This document shows, piece by piece, positions 12,068 to 24,522 of a stretch of DNA of 64,000 bases. A program made the position numbers and the translations under genes. The stretch's first letter is position 1; each line of letters starts with the position of its first letter. Below the pieces are notes generated by a model that saw only the letters and a list, made by a program, of their open reading frames with translations, was not told the DNA's origin and made no database searches. Origin of the DNA: Glaucostegus cemiculus (taxonomy: Eukaryota); contig CDPCPM010000017.1 in NCBI GenBank assembly GCA_976551045.1, positions 372,001-436,000 on the forward strand, written 5' to 3'.

Positions 12068-12970
12068 TAACACAGTAGCTATTAGAGCTGCTGCCTCACA
12101 GTGCCAGTGACCCAGGTTTAATGCTGACCTCCAGTGGTATCTGTGTGGAGTTTGCACGTTTCACAGGTGATAACCTGGCTTCTCTCATGGTGAAGTCTAC
12201 CAATAAACTTTCTGCATATTTCATGGAGAGGGTGCAGAGGAGATTTACCAGGATGTTGCCTGAACTGGAAAGCATGTCTTATGAGGATAGGTTGAGTGAG
12301 CTAGGACTTTGCCCTTTGGAGAGAAGGAGGATGAGAGGTGACTTAATAGAGGTGTACCTTAATAGAGGTGTACAAGATGTTAAGAGGCATAGATTGAGTG
12401 GATAGTCAGAGACTTTTTCCTAGGGCAACAATGGCTAACACGAGGGGACATAATTTTAAGGTGATTGGAGGAAGGTATAAGGTGGATGTCAAAGGTAAGT
12501 TTTTTACACGGAGAGTGGCAGTATGTGCATAGGTTGTGGAGGCAGATACATTAGGGATATTTGAGAGACTCTTAGATAACCACATGAATAATAGAGAAAT
12601 GGAGGACCATGTGGGAGGGAAGGGTGAGATAGAGCAGGATAAAATGTCGGCACAACATTGTGGGCCAAAGGGCCTTTACTGTGCTGTAATGTTATATGTT
12701 AACCCTGTGACAGCCTGAATTCCTTCCAGGTGCTCCAGTTTCATCCCACATCCCAAAGACCTGTGGGTTCATAGGTTAACTGGTCACCGTACATTGCCCC
12801 CAATGTGCAGGTGAGTGGTAGAATCTGGTGGGGGGGGTGGAGTTGATGAAACTGTGGGGAGAATAAATGATGGAATTGACATAGGATTAGTCTGGGTGGG
12901 TGGTTGATGGTCAGCAAGGACTCACTGGGCTGTAGGACCTTTTACCATGCTGTTTGTCCCAATGACTCTA
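12068..12970 (+). mobile_element. V-SINE interrupted by a CR1 3' end (~12222-12700)
   Basis: SINE head gctgctgcctcacagtgccagtgacccaggtt..tgtgtggagtttgcacgtt resumes after 12700 with caggtgctccagtttcatcccaca; the insert encodes MERVQRRFTRMLPELE. Confidence 0.8.
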
Positions 12971-13464
12971 CAAACCTTTGAACAGACACAACAGATAATA
13001 TAATCCCATTATTATGCCTAGTCACTTGACTGACATTGTTTGGGAATTTGCCATTTATGCATATATCTTGATATTCTGCTCATTGCACTCTCGCCTTTGA
13101 GTCAGAAGCTATTCCTGCTCTAAATCTTGCTTTGCTCCCTCATGAAGACATTCCCATTGGCATCATGAATCTTTCAACACCTTCCATCACTTTAGTGGGT
13201 TCCTAACCCTAACTATCTCCTCTTTACTACAAATGTCCAATCCCTATATATCTTCATTCCTCACCACTGTGTCACCCAGGCCTTTTGTTTCTCCCTTGAA
13301 TAGAGGCCAGCCAGTCTCTCTCCATTATCACCTTTCCCTGCCCGACTGAAAGTGAACTAATTCTCCTTTGACTCCTCGTCCTTATCTAGATAAGAGTTGT
13401 GAAGGAAAAATGTTTGAAACTATTTATGTTCTACGGGAAGGAAATTCAGGCAACAATGCTACAG

Positions 13465-13670
13465 GCAGGGAAACGTTCAGCAAGTCAGGCAGCATCTGTG
13501 GAAAGAGAAACAAAGTTAACTTTATAGGTCAAAGACCCTTAAGCCAATTTTGATAAAAGGTCATCAACATGAAATGTTCACCCTGTTCCTCTTTCCACAG
13601 TTGCTGCTTAATCTGAGTGTTTCCAGAAATTTCTGATTTTATTTCAGATTTCCACCATCTGCTGTTTTGG
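13465..13670. mobile_element. Head-to-head inverted pair of Penelope termini (palindromic element)
   Basis: Left arm ggcagcatctgtggaaagagaaacaaagttaac is the reverse complement of right arm gttcaccctgttcctctttccacagttgctgc; centre at ~13545. Confidence 0.75.
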
Positions 13671-13829
13671 GATTTTCAATGCTACATCCCTCTCTGTCAC
13701 CTAACCTGCACCTTGCCAAAACTTTTGGTGTGTTTGTTAGTGCATTTCCCAGTAGTTAGGATAAGGCTTTTGTTTATGGAAATATTTTCACCTGTGCATC
13801 ATTTCACATGACAAGGACGATGAACGTAT

Positions 13830-14120
13830 TGTCATTGGTTTATTATTGTCACTTGTACTGAAGTACAGTGAAAAGCTTGTCTTACAAACCAATCGCACAG
13901 GTCAATTCATTACACAGTGCAGTTACATTGTTAGTACAAAGTGCATTGATGTAGTGCAGTAAAAACAGTAACAGTACAGAGTAAAGTGTCAGAGCTACAG
14001 AGAAAGTGCAGTGCAATAAGGTGCAAGGTCACAACAAAGTAGATTGTGAGGTCATAGTCCATCTCATTGTATAAGGGAGCCATTCAATAGACTTATCACA
14101 GTGGGGTAGAAGATATGCTT
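13830..14120 (-). mobile_element. Rex1/Babar LINE 3' tail
   Basis: attggtttattattgtcacttgtactgaagtacagtgaaaagcttgtc. Confidence 0.75.
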
Positions 14121-14779
14121 GAAAAATTTATGAGTAAAGCCTTTCATTTTTCTTTTAAATATCTAAACAAAATCTTTGCCATCTCAGAAAAGATTTTGTT
14201 CCCCATGTTTTATAGATAATAAAATCCTGAAACAAAATATGATTGTGCCACATCCGTTACTTAATAAAAAAATAACAAAATTAATTGGTCTTCAATGCAA
14301 ATTATACCAAAATGTAACAAATGCTTAAAATAAGGAAAACATTTTGATTATTTGGATTTACATCTTAGGTTTGTTAGTAGCTTCTTGTATGATCAGCCAA
14401 ACCACAGTAATTCAACAACATGGAGGAACACCAGCAGTTCGTTCAGGCTGTCGAGCCTATCCTCCCAGTTAGTCTGTACGTCAGCCTTGTTTAACTAATT
14501 TTTAGTCCGTATCCAAAGGTGCCCAAACCTACTTACAAAATCTGTTGAAAATAATTCAGAAAATTACAATTAACCAACATTCTTTTTAAGGGAGAATTTT
14601 TCTAGATTTTTCATGACCTTTGATGCGTAAAAGTGCTAACTGGTCCAGCACTACATTGAGGATGTTACTTTCATGCTGCAGATCCACCTTATGGTTCCAT
14701 TCAATGTCACTGGGATATAATCCTGGAACTCTGTACTTTACACTGTGATGGGGGCACCTTCACTACGCAGACAGAGGCT

Positions 14780-15000
14780 GCAGAGGAGAGATAGAGAGAG
14801 TCCTGACATTCACACAGAGGGATGTGAAAGTGCTGCTCGATGTGATACAAGCCAGGAGGGTGGCCTTGTGTTTAAGGGCCCAGGAAACCTGCCAAGCCCA
14901 TAATGAGAAGAGCCCAGCAGGGGACAGCTACAGTGATCTTCCCCAGAGTGACAACCCCCACACAATGTAGTAGAGGTGAAAGAAATTTTGCATTCTCACA
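14780..15000 (+). pseudogene. Harbinger/PIF Myb/SANT-like (trihelix) gene remnant
   Basis: Translates ERVLTFTQRDVKVLLDVIQARRVAL, similar to the R-x-x-x-F-S-x-x-D-L-E-V-L-L pattern of Harbinger DNA-binding proteins; lies next to transposase remnants. Confidence 0.55.
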
Positions 15001-15164
15001 AAATATCTCACAATGATCTGCACACCACTGTTTACACCCACATGATGGAGATCAGAGATCTTTAAGCAATGTGTACTCACCAGGAAATACAGAGATGTAG
15101 CAGTAAACTGATTAAGTCGTTGTACCAGGGATTCATCAGCACATATTATGTTGGAGGGATGCGA

Positions 15165-15435
15165 GGGACAGCTTCTATCCCGCTGTTATAAGACTATTGA
15201 ATGGTTCCCTAGTACGATAAGGTGAACTCTTGACCTCATAATCGACCTCATTATGGCCTTGAACCTTATTGTCTACCTGCACAGCACTTTCTCTGTAACT
15301 GTGATGCATTCTGTTATTGTTTTACCTTGTACTACCTCAATGCACTGTGTAATGAATTGATCTGTGTGAACGGTATGCAAGACAAGTTTTTCACTGTACC
15401 TGGGTACATGTGACTAGAATAAACCAATTCCAATT
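15165..15435 (+). mobile_element. Rex1/Babar LINE 3' tail
   Basis: ggacagcttctatcccgctgttataagactattgaatgg..ttcactgtacctgggtacatgtgac..aataaacc. Confidence 0.8.
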
Positions 15436-15764
15436 CTTTTACATGTCATCTCAGTTCTTTACCTGACTACTTGTGTACTGTCTTGGTGTAACAACTTGAG
15501 GGTGGAGGTGGTCGTTTGGCTTGTATGAGGGACTGTGATTCCACAGCCTTCATAGGAGGCTACTTAATTGGTTAGTTGGTGTTGAGGCTGTGGAGTCTGA
15601 GCAGGGAAGGCTGAGGACTGTGAGGGCAGAAACTAACAGGGAGCATTTTTGCCAGCATTTAGCTCCTGTGATACTCATTTGGTGGTGCCTCGGTGGAGAC
15701 ACTGCTGATACAGTTATGATCTTGGCTGGCCAGTCTTGGCTGACCACCTGCAATGTACCTACAC

Positions 15765-16035
15765 CCACAGACTCTCCCGAGACAACAAATCCTACCAGGA
15801 CCTGGTGACGAACCATGTATTTGCACACTCAGTTTTTTCACGGCTGCCTTCACTGAGGTATGTGATCTTCTGCAGGAAGACTTTTGGCCATAATCTTGAG
15901 CCTAGTCCTGGTTCTCTTTATGGAGTTCAAAGTCATGTTGTGTTTGCCAGAGGATCATTCCAAGCAGCTGTAGTCGTCATGTCTCTCAATTGGCAGCTCA
16001 CTGCTGCATCACAGAGGTCATCCAGGTTTTGAAGA
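15765..16035 (+). pseudogene. Harbinger (HARBI1-like) transposase N-terminal remnant
   Basis: FTEVCDLLQEDF and VFARGSFQAA, followed by cactgctgcatcacagaggtca (HCCITEV). Confidence 0.7.
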
Positions 16036-16049
16036 AACTGCGTTTGTGA

Positions 16050-16725
16050 AGAAACTGTTTCACTGAACTTGGGGTAAGGAGCCTTGTGACCTTCTTCCCT
16101 CCAGTCCTCTTGTTCCTACTGCCCTTCATGTTCTGCCTCCTGATCCACAGGCTCATTGTCTCTAATCTCCTCTGCGAAATGGCTGTTACCTTCAGTTAGC
16201 ACGTGTGTAACATGCCGAAGAGGAAGTCTCCACATCTGGTTGGTATGTACTGCAGGGCAACAAAATCCCCACACCATTCCAGGCAGTACTTCCCACTGGA
16301 AAATTGTAGATTCCCCTGAGGATGAATGAGCTTCGCGTGCTTCCCATAGTCATGACATTCACCATCAGGAATTCTTCTCATGACGCACTACATCCTACAC
16401 ATCGAGGGGGTGGAAACCTTTCCTGTTGACGAGTGCCTGAGTTATTAATGAGAGATCTAACAGGCCAATGAATGCCTACCCTGGTGTGAAGCCAGTAATG
16501 CTGGTAAATCTAAGTGCCTAGGATGCCAGGTGCATTGCCTGCAACCTATTTATTCTCTTTCACACATCCATCATTGAAACACTGCCTGGGTGACCTCTCT
16601 GATACAGCAGTGGCCAGCAAGGAGAGAGAGAGAGATTGAGAGAGAGGGAGAGAGAGAGAGAGAGGGAGAGAGAGCGCAAAGGACTGCTGTGGCTGCTTGG
16701 AAAGATCCTTTGGCAAATATTATGT
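16050..16725 (-). pseudogene. Harbinger (HARBI1-like, DDE) transposase remnant with an internal (GA)n expansion
   Basis: IFAKGSFQAATAVLCALS..HCCIREVTQAVF (ORF 16571-16816) and VNRKGFHPLDV at ~16400-16431, matching the SGSFQ and NRKGFHSLNVQ motifs. Confidence 0.8.
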
Positions 16726-16970
16726 TCATGTTCCAGTTTATTGTCATAGGCCTACATACACAGGGTATAAATGCCATGAAAATTAGCTTTTTGCAGCAGC
16801 AGCACAAACATGACAAACAAAAGTTAACATAAACTTAAATTAATATAAATTATACATAACTTAAATGACATAATGACATTAGTGCAAGTTGAGAGAGCGA
16901 GAGAGAGAGAAAGATAAAGAAATATAGTCTGAGGTAGTGTTAGGGTTTTTCAGGGCAGTTCAAGAATCTG
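16726..16970 (-). mobile_element. Rex1/Babar-type LINE tail (variant)
   Basis: agtttattgtcatag..gcagcagcacaaaca..gaggtagtgttagggtt..gttcaagaatctga. Confidence 0.55.
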
Positions 16971-17011
16971 ACTTTGACCTTCTGGACTCAGCGTCAAATT
17001 CAACAACTTTT

Positions 17012-17527
17012 CAGAATCAGAATCAGTTTTATTGTCACAACCATATACATACATAGTATGCATAGGAGCGAGATACCGTCCTCCTCAGGTGCTCGTCCCA
17101 TAAAAAAAAGAATAACATAACAGCCAACAGAGAGACACATACACACTTGGCAGAATACACAGTACAAAACATTACACATTAGAAGCTATGGAGATTGAAA
17201 TTGAATTATTACGCAGATTAAATTAAAAATGGCCAGTAAATAAATAAATAGTTCTTAAAGTGAACGGGCTGGTGTCGGGCATTTAAAGTGCTGGTGCATT
17301 TCTGTGCACCTAGCATCTCTTAGTGTTAACAAAGGAAGATGGAGGGATGAGAGAGTTTGCAGTTCTGATGGCTTGCGGAAAGAAGCTATTGTTCAGCCTG
17401 GTCGTTCTTGCCCTGATACATTTAAGCCTCCTCCCTGATGGCAAAATTGTGAAGAGGTGGTGGGAGGGGTGAGAAGGGTCGGCCATTATGCTTTTAGTCT
17501 TCCTCACACAACGGTCTTTGTACATGT
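17012..17527 (-). mobile_element. Young Rex1/Babar LINE 3' end inserted into a Penelope tail
   Basis: (TGATTC)n tail; peptide DPSHPSHHLFTILPSGRRLKCIRARTTRLNNSFFPQAIR; nearly identical to 35988-36545. Confidence 0.92.
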
Positions 17528-17529
17528 AC

Positions 17530-17880
17530 ATCAACTTCAGGTACTTGTAACTCGCTTTCTCTGTATTATGAGAACTGGCCATTCCTACTATAGGTCATCA
17601 ATCTTGGATATTGGTTCAGTTTTTCTCTCACCATTAGCCCAGCCTGATCCTCTGGGTGTGTCTGACAGCCGAGAATTTTGCAGACATTTGATATGTCTCC
17701 GCAGCAATCTTGGCCTTACTGTATCACAGATATTCCCATTGCTTCCCCCACCTTGCTGAAAAATAATACTAAATTGTTTACTCACTTTCCAAGTTCTAAC
17801 AAAGGATCTTTGACCTGAAATGTTAACCTCTGATTCTCCTTCCACAGCTGACCTGCTGAGTATTTCTGCCATTTCCTTTT
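17530..17880 (+). mobile_element. Penelope-like 3' region with degenerate hammerhead-like motif (continues from ~16970-17011)
   Basis: ctggactcagcgtcaaattcaacaac (GLNIEFNN-like) precedes the Rex insert; agttctaacaaaggatctttgacctgaaatgttaac..gacctgctgagtatttc at ~17790-17870. Confidence 0.6.
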
Positions 17881-18277
17881 TTTTTCTCTGCAGCGTTTTG
17901 TTTTTGTTTTCATTTACTAAGAAAGAAAGCAAAACAACTTTAGCCTCCTCTGTCATATTTTAGACTAAAATTTCTCTTGAGAACAAGGACAAGGGAAGAA
18001 AGTTGTGACTCTGTTGCTGATTTGACTGGGTTAATCAGTTTCCTTCTGATAAATGTTTACCAGACGTCTTCATTTTCTACTTTCCTTTTTTTTAGCTTAA
18101 ATTCTCTGTCACTGTAAAAATTGGAAAGAAAGTTATGTTCAGCAGACCAGAAAATGAGTCTGCTCAGTACTTGGACTGATATCAGGCAACTTAGGAGCGT
18201 TAGTGGAACACTGTTTCAAGAAATTTCATTTCAATTCCTGAACACAGATTTCTGAAGGTAAAGCAATAACTGAATGA

Positions 18278-18850
18278 TAGAACATAGAACAGTACAGCAC
18301 TGAACAGGCCCTTTGGCCCACAATATTGTGCCGACACAGCTATTCCCTCCTACTGACAGAATGCCCTTATCCCTCTATTTTCCTCTCATTCACATGACCA
18401 TCCACCCCCTCTTAAAAGCCCCCAGTGAATTTGCCTCCAGCACCCTATCAGGCCACACATTCCAGGCATGGACCACTCTCTCAGTAAAAAACATACCCCT
18501 CTCACCTTAAATGCATGTCCTCTGGTACTGGATCGCTCAATAATGGGAAAAAGATATTGTTTGTCCACCCTATCTATGCCCCTCATAATTTTATATACTT
18601 GCAACAGATCACCCCTCAGCCTCCGCCGCTCCAGAGAAAAGAACACATGTTTGTCCAGCCTCTCCTGATAGCACATGCCCTCTAATCCAGGCAGCATCCC
18701 AGTAAACCTCCTCTGCACCCTCTCTCAAGCCTCAACATCCTTCCTAATAGTGAGGTGACCAGAATTGCATGCAGTACTCTAAATGCGGCCTAACCAGAGT
18801 TCTATAGAGATGCATCATAACTTCTTGACTCCTATACTCAATACCCTGGT
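18278..18850 (-). mobile_element. CR1 LINE 3' end
   Basis: ORF 18386-18718 QRRFTGMLPGLEG..SLERRRLRGDLLQVYKIMRGIDRVD. Confidence 0.88.
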
Positions 18851-19574
18851 GATGTAAAGATATCTTTGATGGTTAAGAACCTCTTTAGAAATGGTCCGTG
18901 AAACATGAGATATAATCCTGTTGCTTGGAAACCACAACTTTCTTCTCTCATCACTATGTTCTTTGTGGGATAAATCAACGGCTGTTCATTAGCCAATGAA
19001 CTAGCTGGGACATTCTGAAAGGGACTTGAAAGGTACTTTGAAAGCCCAAGTTTTATTTTCTATATCATTGCCTGAAGGGAAGGAAATGTAACTCAAGGTC
19101 CTCACTAACTTTTTTTTTGAACAGAGTCTTTACTACTTCTTCTCAGGCGGTCTGTTGAGTTTGAGGATGACATCATATTTTTCACATGGCATGGAAGGAG
19201 GTTATTTTGCCCACTGAGTCCATGCAGGACTCTCAGAACGATCTATTGATCCTATTCTCCAACTGTTTTCTCTGTAACCTATTCTCTCTCATATGTCCAT
19301 ATGCTTACCTCAATTCTCCCACCACACAGCTACCTCAAGTAGACAATTAACCATTTGCTTCCTTCCTGGTTCTGTGTGGGTTTTGAGGTGGCAATTGAGG
19401 TTAAGGTGGGACCCACAGACTCTGCCACAGAGAGAGCAGGAGTTGCTTTACAAGTTTATTAAGTGCTAATGAAGTTTGTAACCTAAGATGACTAGGAAAG
19501 AACAAATCAAAGCATTGGAGGAGACTTAAATTTCCAGTTGCTCTTAGATAAATGGGAATGATATCAGACAGGAA

Positions 19575-20150
19575 ATAAATTACTCAACTACAAAACTCTG
19601 GTTGGACCACACTTAGAGAACTGTGTTCATTTCTGGTCGCCTCATTATAGGAAGGATGTGGAAGCGTTGGAAAGGGTGTAGAGGAGATTTGCCAGGATGC
19701 TGCCTGGTTTGGGGAGTAAGGATTTTGAGGAGAGACTAAGGGAGCTAGAGTTTTACTCTTTGGAGAGGAGGAGGATGAGGGGAGACATGATGGATGTGTA
19801 CAAAATATTAAGAGGAATAGATAGAGTAGACAGCCAGCGCCTCTTTCCCAGGCACCAATGCTCAATACAAGAGGGCATGGCTTTAAAGTAATGGGTGAGA
19901 AGTTCAAGGGAGATATCAGAGGGAGGTTTTTCACCCAGAGAGTGGTTGGTGCATAGAATGCGCTGCCTGGGGTAGTGGTGGAGGCAGGTACACTGGTCAA
20001 GTTCAAGAGGTTGTTAGATAAGCATATGGGGGAGTTTAAAATAGGGGGATATGTGGGAGGAAGAGGTTAGATAGTCTTAAGCAAGGTTTAAAAGTCAGCA
20101 CAACATTGTGGGCTGAAGGGCCTGTATTGTGCTGTATTGTTGTATGGTTC
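19575..20150 (+). mobile_element. CR1 LINE 3' end
   Basis: ORF 19697-19891 SLERRRMRGDMMDVYKILRGIDRVDSQRLFP; gggctgaagggcctgtattgtgctgta tail. Confidence 0.88.
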
Positions 20151-23100
20151 ATCACATCCACACACCACATGATTTAACAGTATTTCATTTTTGTGCAGGG
20201 CATAATTCTTAGCAGTCTGACTTCCTAACCTGAAAATCCAGGAAAACTCTTAATTGCATGCAAATATGGCCCAGGTCATTTCAACCCCGAGGCTATTCTC
20301 AACCCTGGGGACCAACGACCCACGGGCAGTAGAAGTGGGCCAGATGTCACCTGAGCAATATTTGAAGGGCTTCGTAGCTGTTGTCAGTGCTTTAGGAGTC
20401 TTGTATATATGCCCACCTGCATGTATTTTAAAAATACCTTAAGGGGTTTAGCTACTGTAGTTGGTTATCTCACCCAGCATGCTGTTTGGTCCTGGCCTGG
20501 ATTTTAAAAGATCCGCCACTTTTTGAAGGGGCCGTCACAGCTTCTTGTGGAGCTTTGGCCCTCTCTGATCTGCTCAGAAAGGAGCCAGGTTGTCACCCTC
20601 TGGACCTCCAGGTTGACACAGCTCTTGTCCACCAACTACCCTGTCACCAAAATCCCCGGCAAATCTGCCAAGAGGAGGATGTGTCTGGAAATTCATTTAA
20701 TTTGTAAAATCCCGTGCAGCCAGTTCCAAGAGGAAAAGCATCCCCGGTGAAATGAAATTTGGGAGATTAAATCGTCCCAGCCCTGGGTAATGCTCTGTGC
20801 AGGATTGGACTGATCTTTACTCTGTGCAAAAATTTCTTTAACTGAAGTTAGGTAAATTACACATGTAATATGCTGATAAGGATTATTTCTGCACTGTTTA
20901 ACCCAGCTGATCTCATGGCAGGGGTCAAATCAATTATCTAGCCCTCTGCTACATTGAATGAGGTGGCACATTGCTCTTTTAACAGATATGCATTTGACAG
21001 TCAGATAACATCTATGATATCAATTTGTGAAAGGGCACAGTGTCACGGGAGACTAGTTCATTCACGAAGTTTAAATCTGGTTTCACATGTTTAGGTTACT
21101 GAGCTAACTTGCACAGTCAGACAAGATTCATATCTCTCATCAAAGTATCCAGCCTTGGATACTTTACCCACGTAAAATAAATTAATAAAATACGTTTCTA
21201 ACCACCTGCTAAACATGCTCTCAAAAGATAAATTCCTTGAAGATTGTGTGTGGTGTGACTGATTTAAAAATGTACCATCTGTGATCACAGAGATGGATCA
21301 AACTTTCTCTGGGATTTTCAATCTCATTAAAATGATGTTGAATTAATTCTATCCAGAAGCAACAACTCTTAATATAACATGCAGTGGATGTTCAACTTGA
21401 ATTTCTGCATATATTTCCAAAGTGTTTACTTCACAAAGAGACTGATGAAAGTTATTACCTAACTGGTAAAAAAATTTGCACTCACTGTAGTGCAACCCAC
21501 TGGCTCAACCGTTAGCCCAGCTGATCACTCTTCAGAAATTCATTCTCAACACTCTACAAACAAACCATGCTGTGAAGTTGAAAGATGGAGTAAAGCATTT
21601 TTGTGCACTTATTTTTCTGGCATAAAACTCTTTCAAATGATGTCAATGCTCTGCAAAACACAATCTCATGGGTCTGAAAAACAACTGTTCTTGTTTATAC
21701 ACAGAACAACTAAATTCTGCTAACCTTGTTTTCCCCTAAACTATCTCTACCACATTTCAACACGGCAGATGAAGAATTAAACATAAATAAAACTTACTTC
21801 AGTTTAGCAGCATGCACTCAAATTCATGAAAGATTATATTTAGTATGACAATGACAAGAGCTTTTAAAATTTTAAAATGGCCAAGGTGACGGATCTAAAC
21901 ATTTCAGAGTTTGAGCATCTTTTCCAGAACATCAGATTATGCAGATTTAATTCAGCAATGTGATATTCAATAACACATCATTATAGATTGAAGTAAGCAA
22001 TTTGCACACTGCTGACATTTCTCTTGGAAGCCAAGTGTGAGACACAAAGATATCCAGACACTGATGCAAAAGTACTCATTACTGTAACTTTCAAAATGCA
22101 TGAAGTACCTAGTCCAGTCATAAGCATGGTTTAGGGAAATATAATTTTTATATCTTCAGTGCAATATTATTTCACTGTAGTTTCTCCAAGTTATGTGCAT
22201 GATGGAAAAAGAGGAAAATTTTGTTGAGAAGCACAGTTTTCTTAGAGATATGATTAATATTTTCTGAACACTTCATAGTTCTGAGGTATAGGATTCATTC
22301 TGTTCCCTTGTGATGAACAGATAACAGAATTAGTGATAAAAAGTTATTTTCCCTTACAAATGTGTCTGGTTTGAAAAAGCAATCGTGAGTTGGTGTAAAA
22401 GGACATAGATTTAAGAAAGCTGGCACAAAAAACCATTGCGGTGATTAGAAGACGCAATTCAAAAGAACCATTTGTCGAGAAATTCTTTGACTGTTTGCTT
22501 TGCCAGCACAGCAAGGTAGTGGGACAGAACCTCAGAATATCCCTCCATGAGCATGCAACATAGAAAGCTCCCTTCAGCACTTCACCTTTAGTTCTATGAA
22601 TGTGTTGCTGCTGAATCATGGCCATCAGATCAATCTCATTTATTTCACTGCGTAATAAGATCGTGGGAACCCTATGTATTCCGCAATTAGTTTTAAAAAA
22701 GTAATTATTACCACCATCAATGGATTACAATCTACTTCCTTGAATACAGCGTATATTTTGTAAAAGTAGATAATCCTTCACTAACTTTTCTCTTTGGCTT
22801 GTATCTGCACATGTTATTGTTTTTGCTTTACTGTTGATTTCATCTGCCACACAACCCTTTGCCATGAATATTCTGGGGCTGTCCTTTTCTCTACCCTATG
22901 AGGTGCATGAGGAAATACTTTTAATGCTTTTGAGATGTTTCTAAAAAATAAGATAAGCTTGGGGTAAAGTACTGGACACTATTTGGAACACACTCTCTAA
23001 GAGCTGACAAGGAGTCCATGATTCTTTAATTACATTAAATAAACTGTACAATCAGTATTGTTCATGGTACTGAATTAAGATGACACCAATGCTGATCTTC

Positions 23101-23302
23101 ATCTACTTAGAACCCAGGCATGTGCTACTAATGATTATTAATGGATGAGATAACAGGACAAAAGGTCAACTTAGATGTTTTCATTTGATGATACTTGTTG
23201 AGTGCCTTAGGACATGGGATAATGGTAAAGGTGCTGTAGGTACATGTTCAGTCCAACTGTTCCTACAGTTTAAAAACTTTTGATTCACTTTTTTCCTGAA
23301 AG

Positions 23303-23427
23303 GAAATCAATACTGCAGAAATTAAAGGCAGTTACGAAGCATGCTACCGAACTGAATTTGCAACGTCAGACTTCATCAACACAGAATATCTTGAGTTAAC
23401 TTTTGCTGACCCCGAATGCCACGGGAG
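23303..23427 (+). CDS. Candidate penultimate coding exon of an unidentified host gene (EINTAEIKGSYEACYRTEFATSDFINTEYLELTFADPECHG-R)
   Basis: Acceptor ttcacttttttcctgaaAG, donor GAG|GTAAAG, one frame open across 125 nt, several CpGs retained, non-repeat context; no homology recognised. Confidence 0.35.
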
Positions 23428-24452
23428 GTAAAGGCAGCAGCAACAGCACCCAGTAAGCAAACTTCTTTTCCGGGCAGTTACTGTGGTATGACTTTTATTA
23501 TCTTGATATACCATCCACAGCTGTAGGTTGAGCGTTGTGAGTTGATCGGAGAGAGTAGGCTGGAGAGTAACTGTTCCTATTGGTGGAGAAGTTAGGAACC
23601 AGAGATGTAAAATGAAGGTGACTGGCAAAAGGGCCAAAACTGACAAGGGATTTTTTTTTACACAGTGAGTGGTTCGGTTTAGGTGGTCAAAGTGCAGCAA
23701 GTAAACCTGAGATGGTCATGGCTGAATTGTGAACATTGGAAATCATCTGAAGAAGTGGTGACATTCCACCTTCAACCGGGACAGCAGAAAGTAGGGAATG
23801 CTCTGTATTTACAGGAAGTCAAGATCAAGACAGAATGAGAGCAGGGGTGCATAGGCCACTGGCCTTAAGAAGGAATCAAATTAAATATGATTTGGTTGGA
23901 TTTAATTATTTAGTAATAAACTGAAAACAATGTGATCAAAATAATAAGCAACAAGTATCATTAGCCTATGGCAGGTTCGGAGCTGCTGCTGACATTTAGA
24001 TGCTAATGCATTGTGGCAATAACAATTGCACGGGATATGAAATTGGTTTGAGAGAAGCTTACGTGGCAAGGTGTTGAATGGAAATTATTTGCACCTGGAA
24101 TGGCTACTGTTGAGATTTTAAGTTTAATATACAGGGTAGAACTCACAGTTGAGGGGAGTAAAGAAATTAGTAAATTTATGATGAGAGATCCTCAGCCTGA
24201 CAGATTAACTCTGTTTCTCTCTCCACTGGTGCTGACTGACCAGCTGGGTAGTTCTGGTATTGTGTTTTTATAAATTTATATTCAGTTATGTCTTTTTTAA
24301 TTTGTTAATTGTATGATTTTACATGTGTAGATTCGTAAACTGCTGATATTATTTAATAAATGTCATTAGTTGGCGGTGTCAATGGGTTTTTTATTTTTAT
24401 TCAGTGTTGCATATGTGAATGTGAATCTACCTTTAACAACTTTGTTTCCCAG

Positions 24453-24468
24453 GTGGTATGACTTTTGA
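24453..24468 (+). CDS. Candidate terminal coding exon (R-W-Y-D-F-stop) followed by a short 3' UTR
   Basis: Branch-like ctttaac and tttgtttcccAG acceptor; phase 2 fits the 23303-23427 exon; AATAAA at 24517-24522. Confidence 0.35.
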
Positions 24469-24516
24469 TACATTGCTGTATCAGCTACTGCTTTGGGTTG
24501 AGGGTTTACTGGTTTC

Positions 24517-24522
24517 AATAAA
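24517..24522 (+). terminator. Candidate polyadenylation signal
   Basis: AATAAA about 50 nt after the predicted stop codon. Confidence 0.3.

Noticed and set aside
20198-20783. Possible Harbinger-type MITE with GGGC..GCCC ends (also ~52023-52102)
   Set aside because: The TIR match is too weak and no TSD can be established by eye.
22344-22625. Minus-strand ORF MAMIQQQHIHR.. loosely recalling TAFA/FAM19A
   Set aside because: The similarity covers only a few residues, with no signal peptide or cysteine pattern.
23344-23700. 118-aa minus-strand ORF with poly-Cys
   Set aside because: The first half is antisense to an old CR1 fragment (~23520-23680), and the poly-Cys comes from a CAG-like run.
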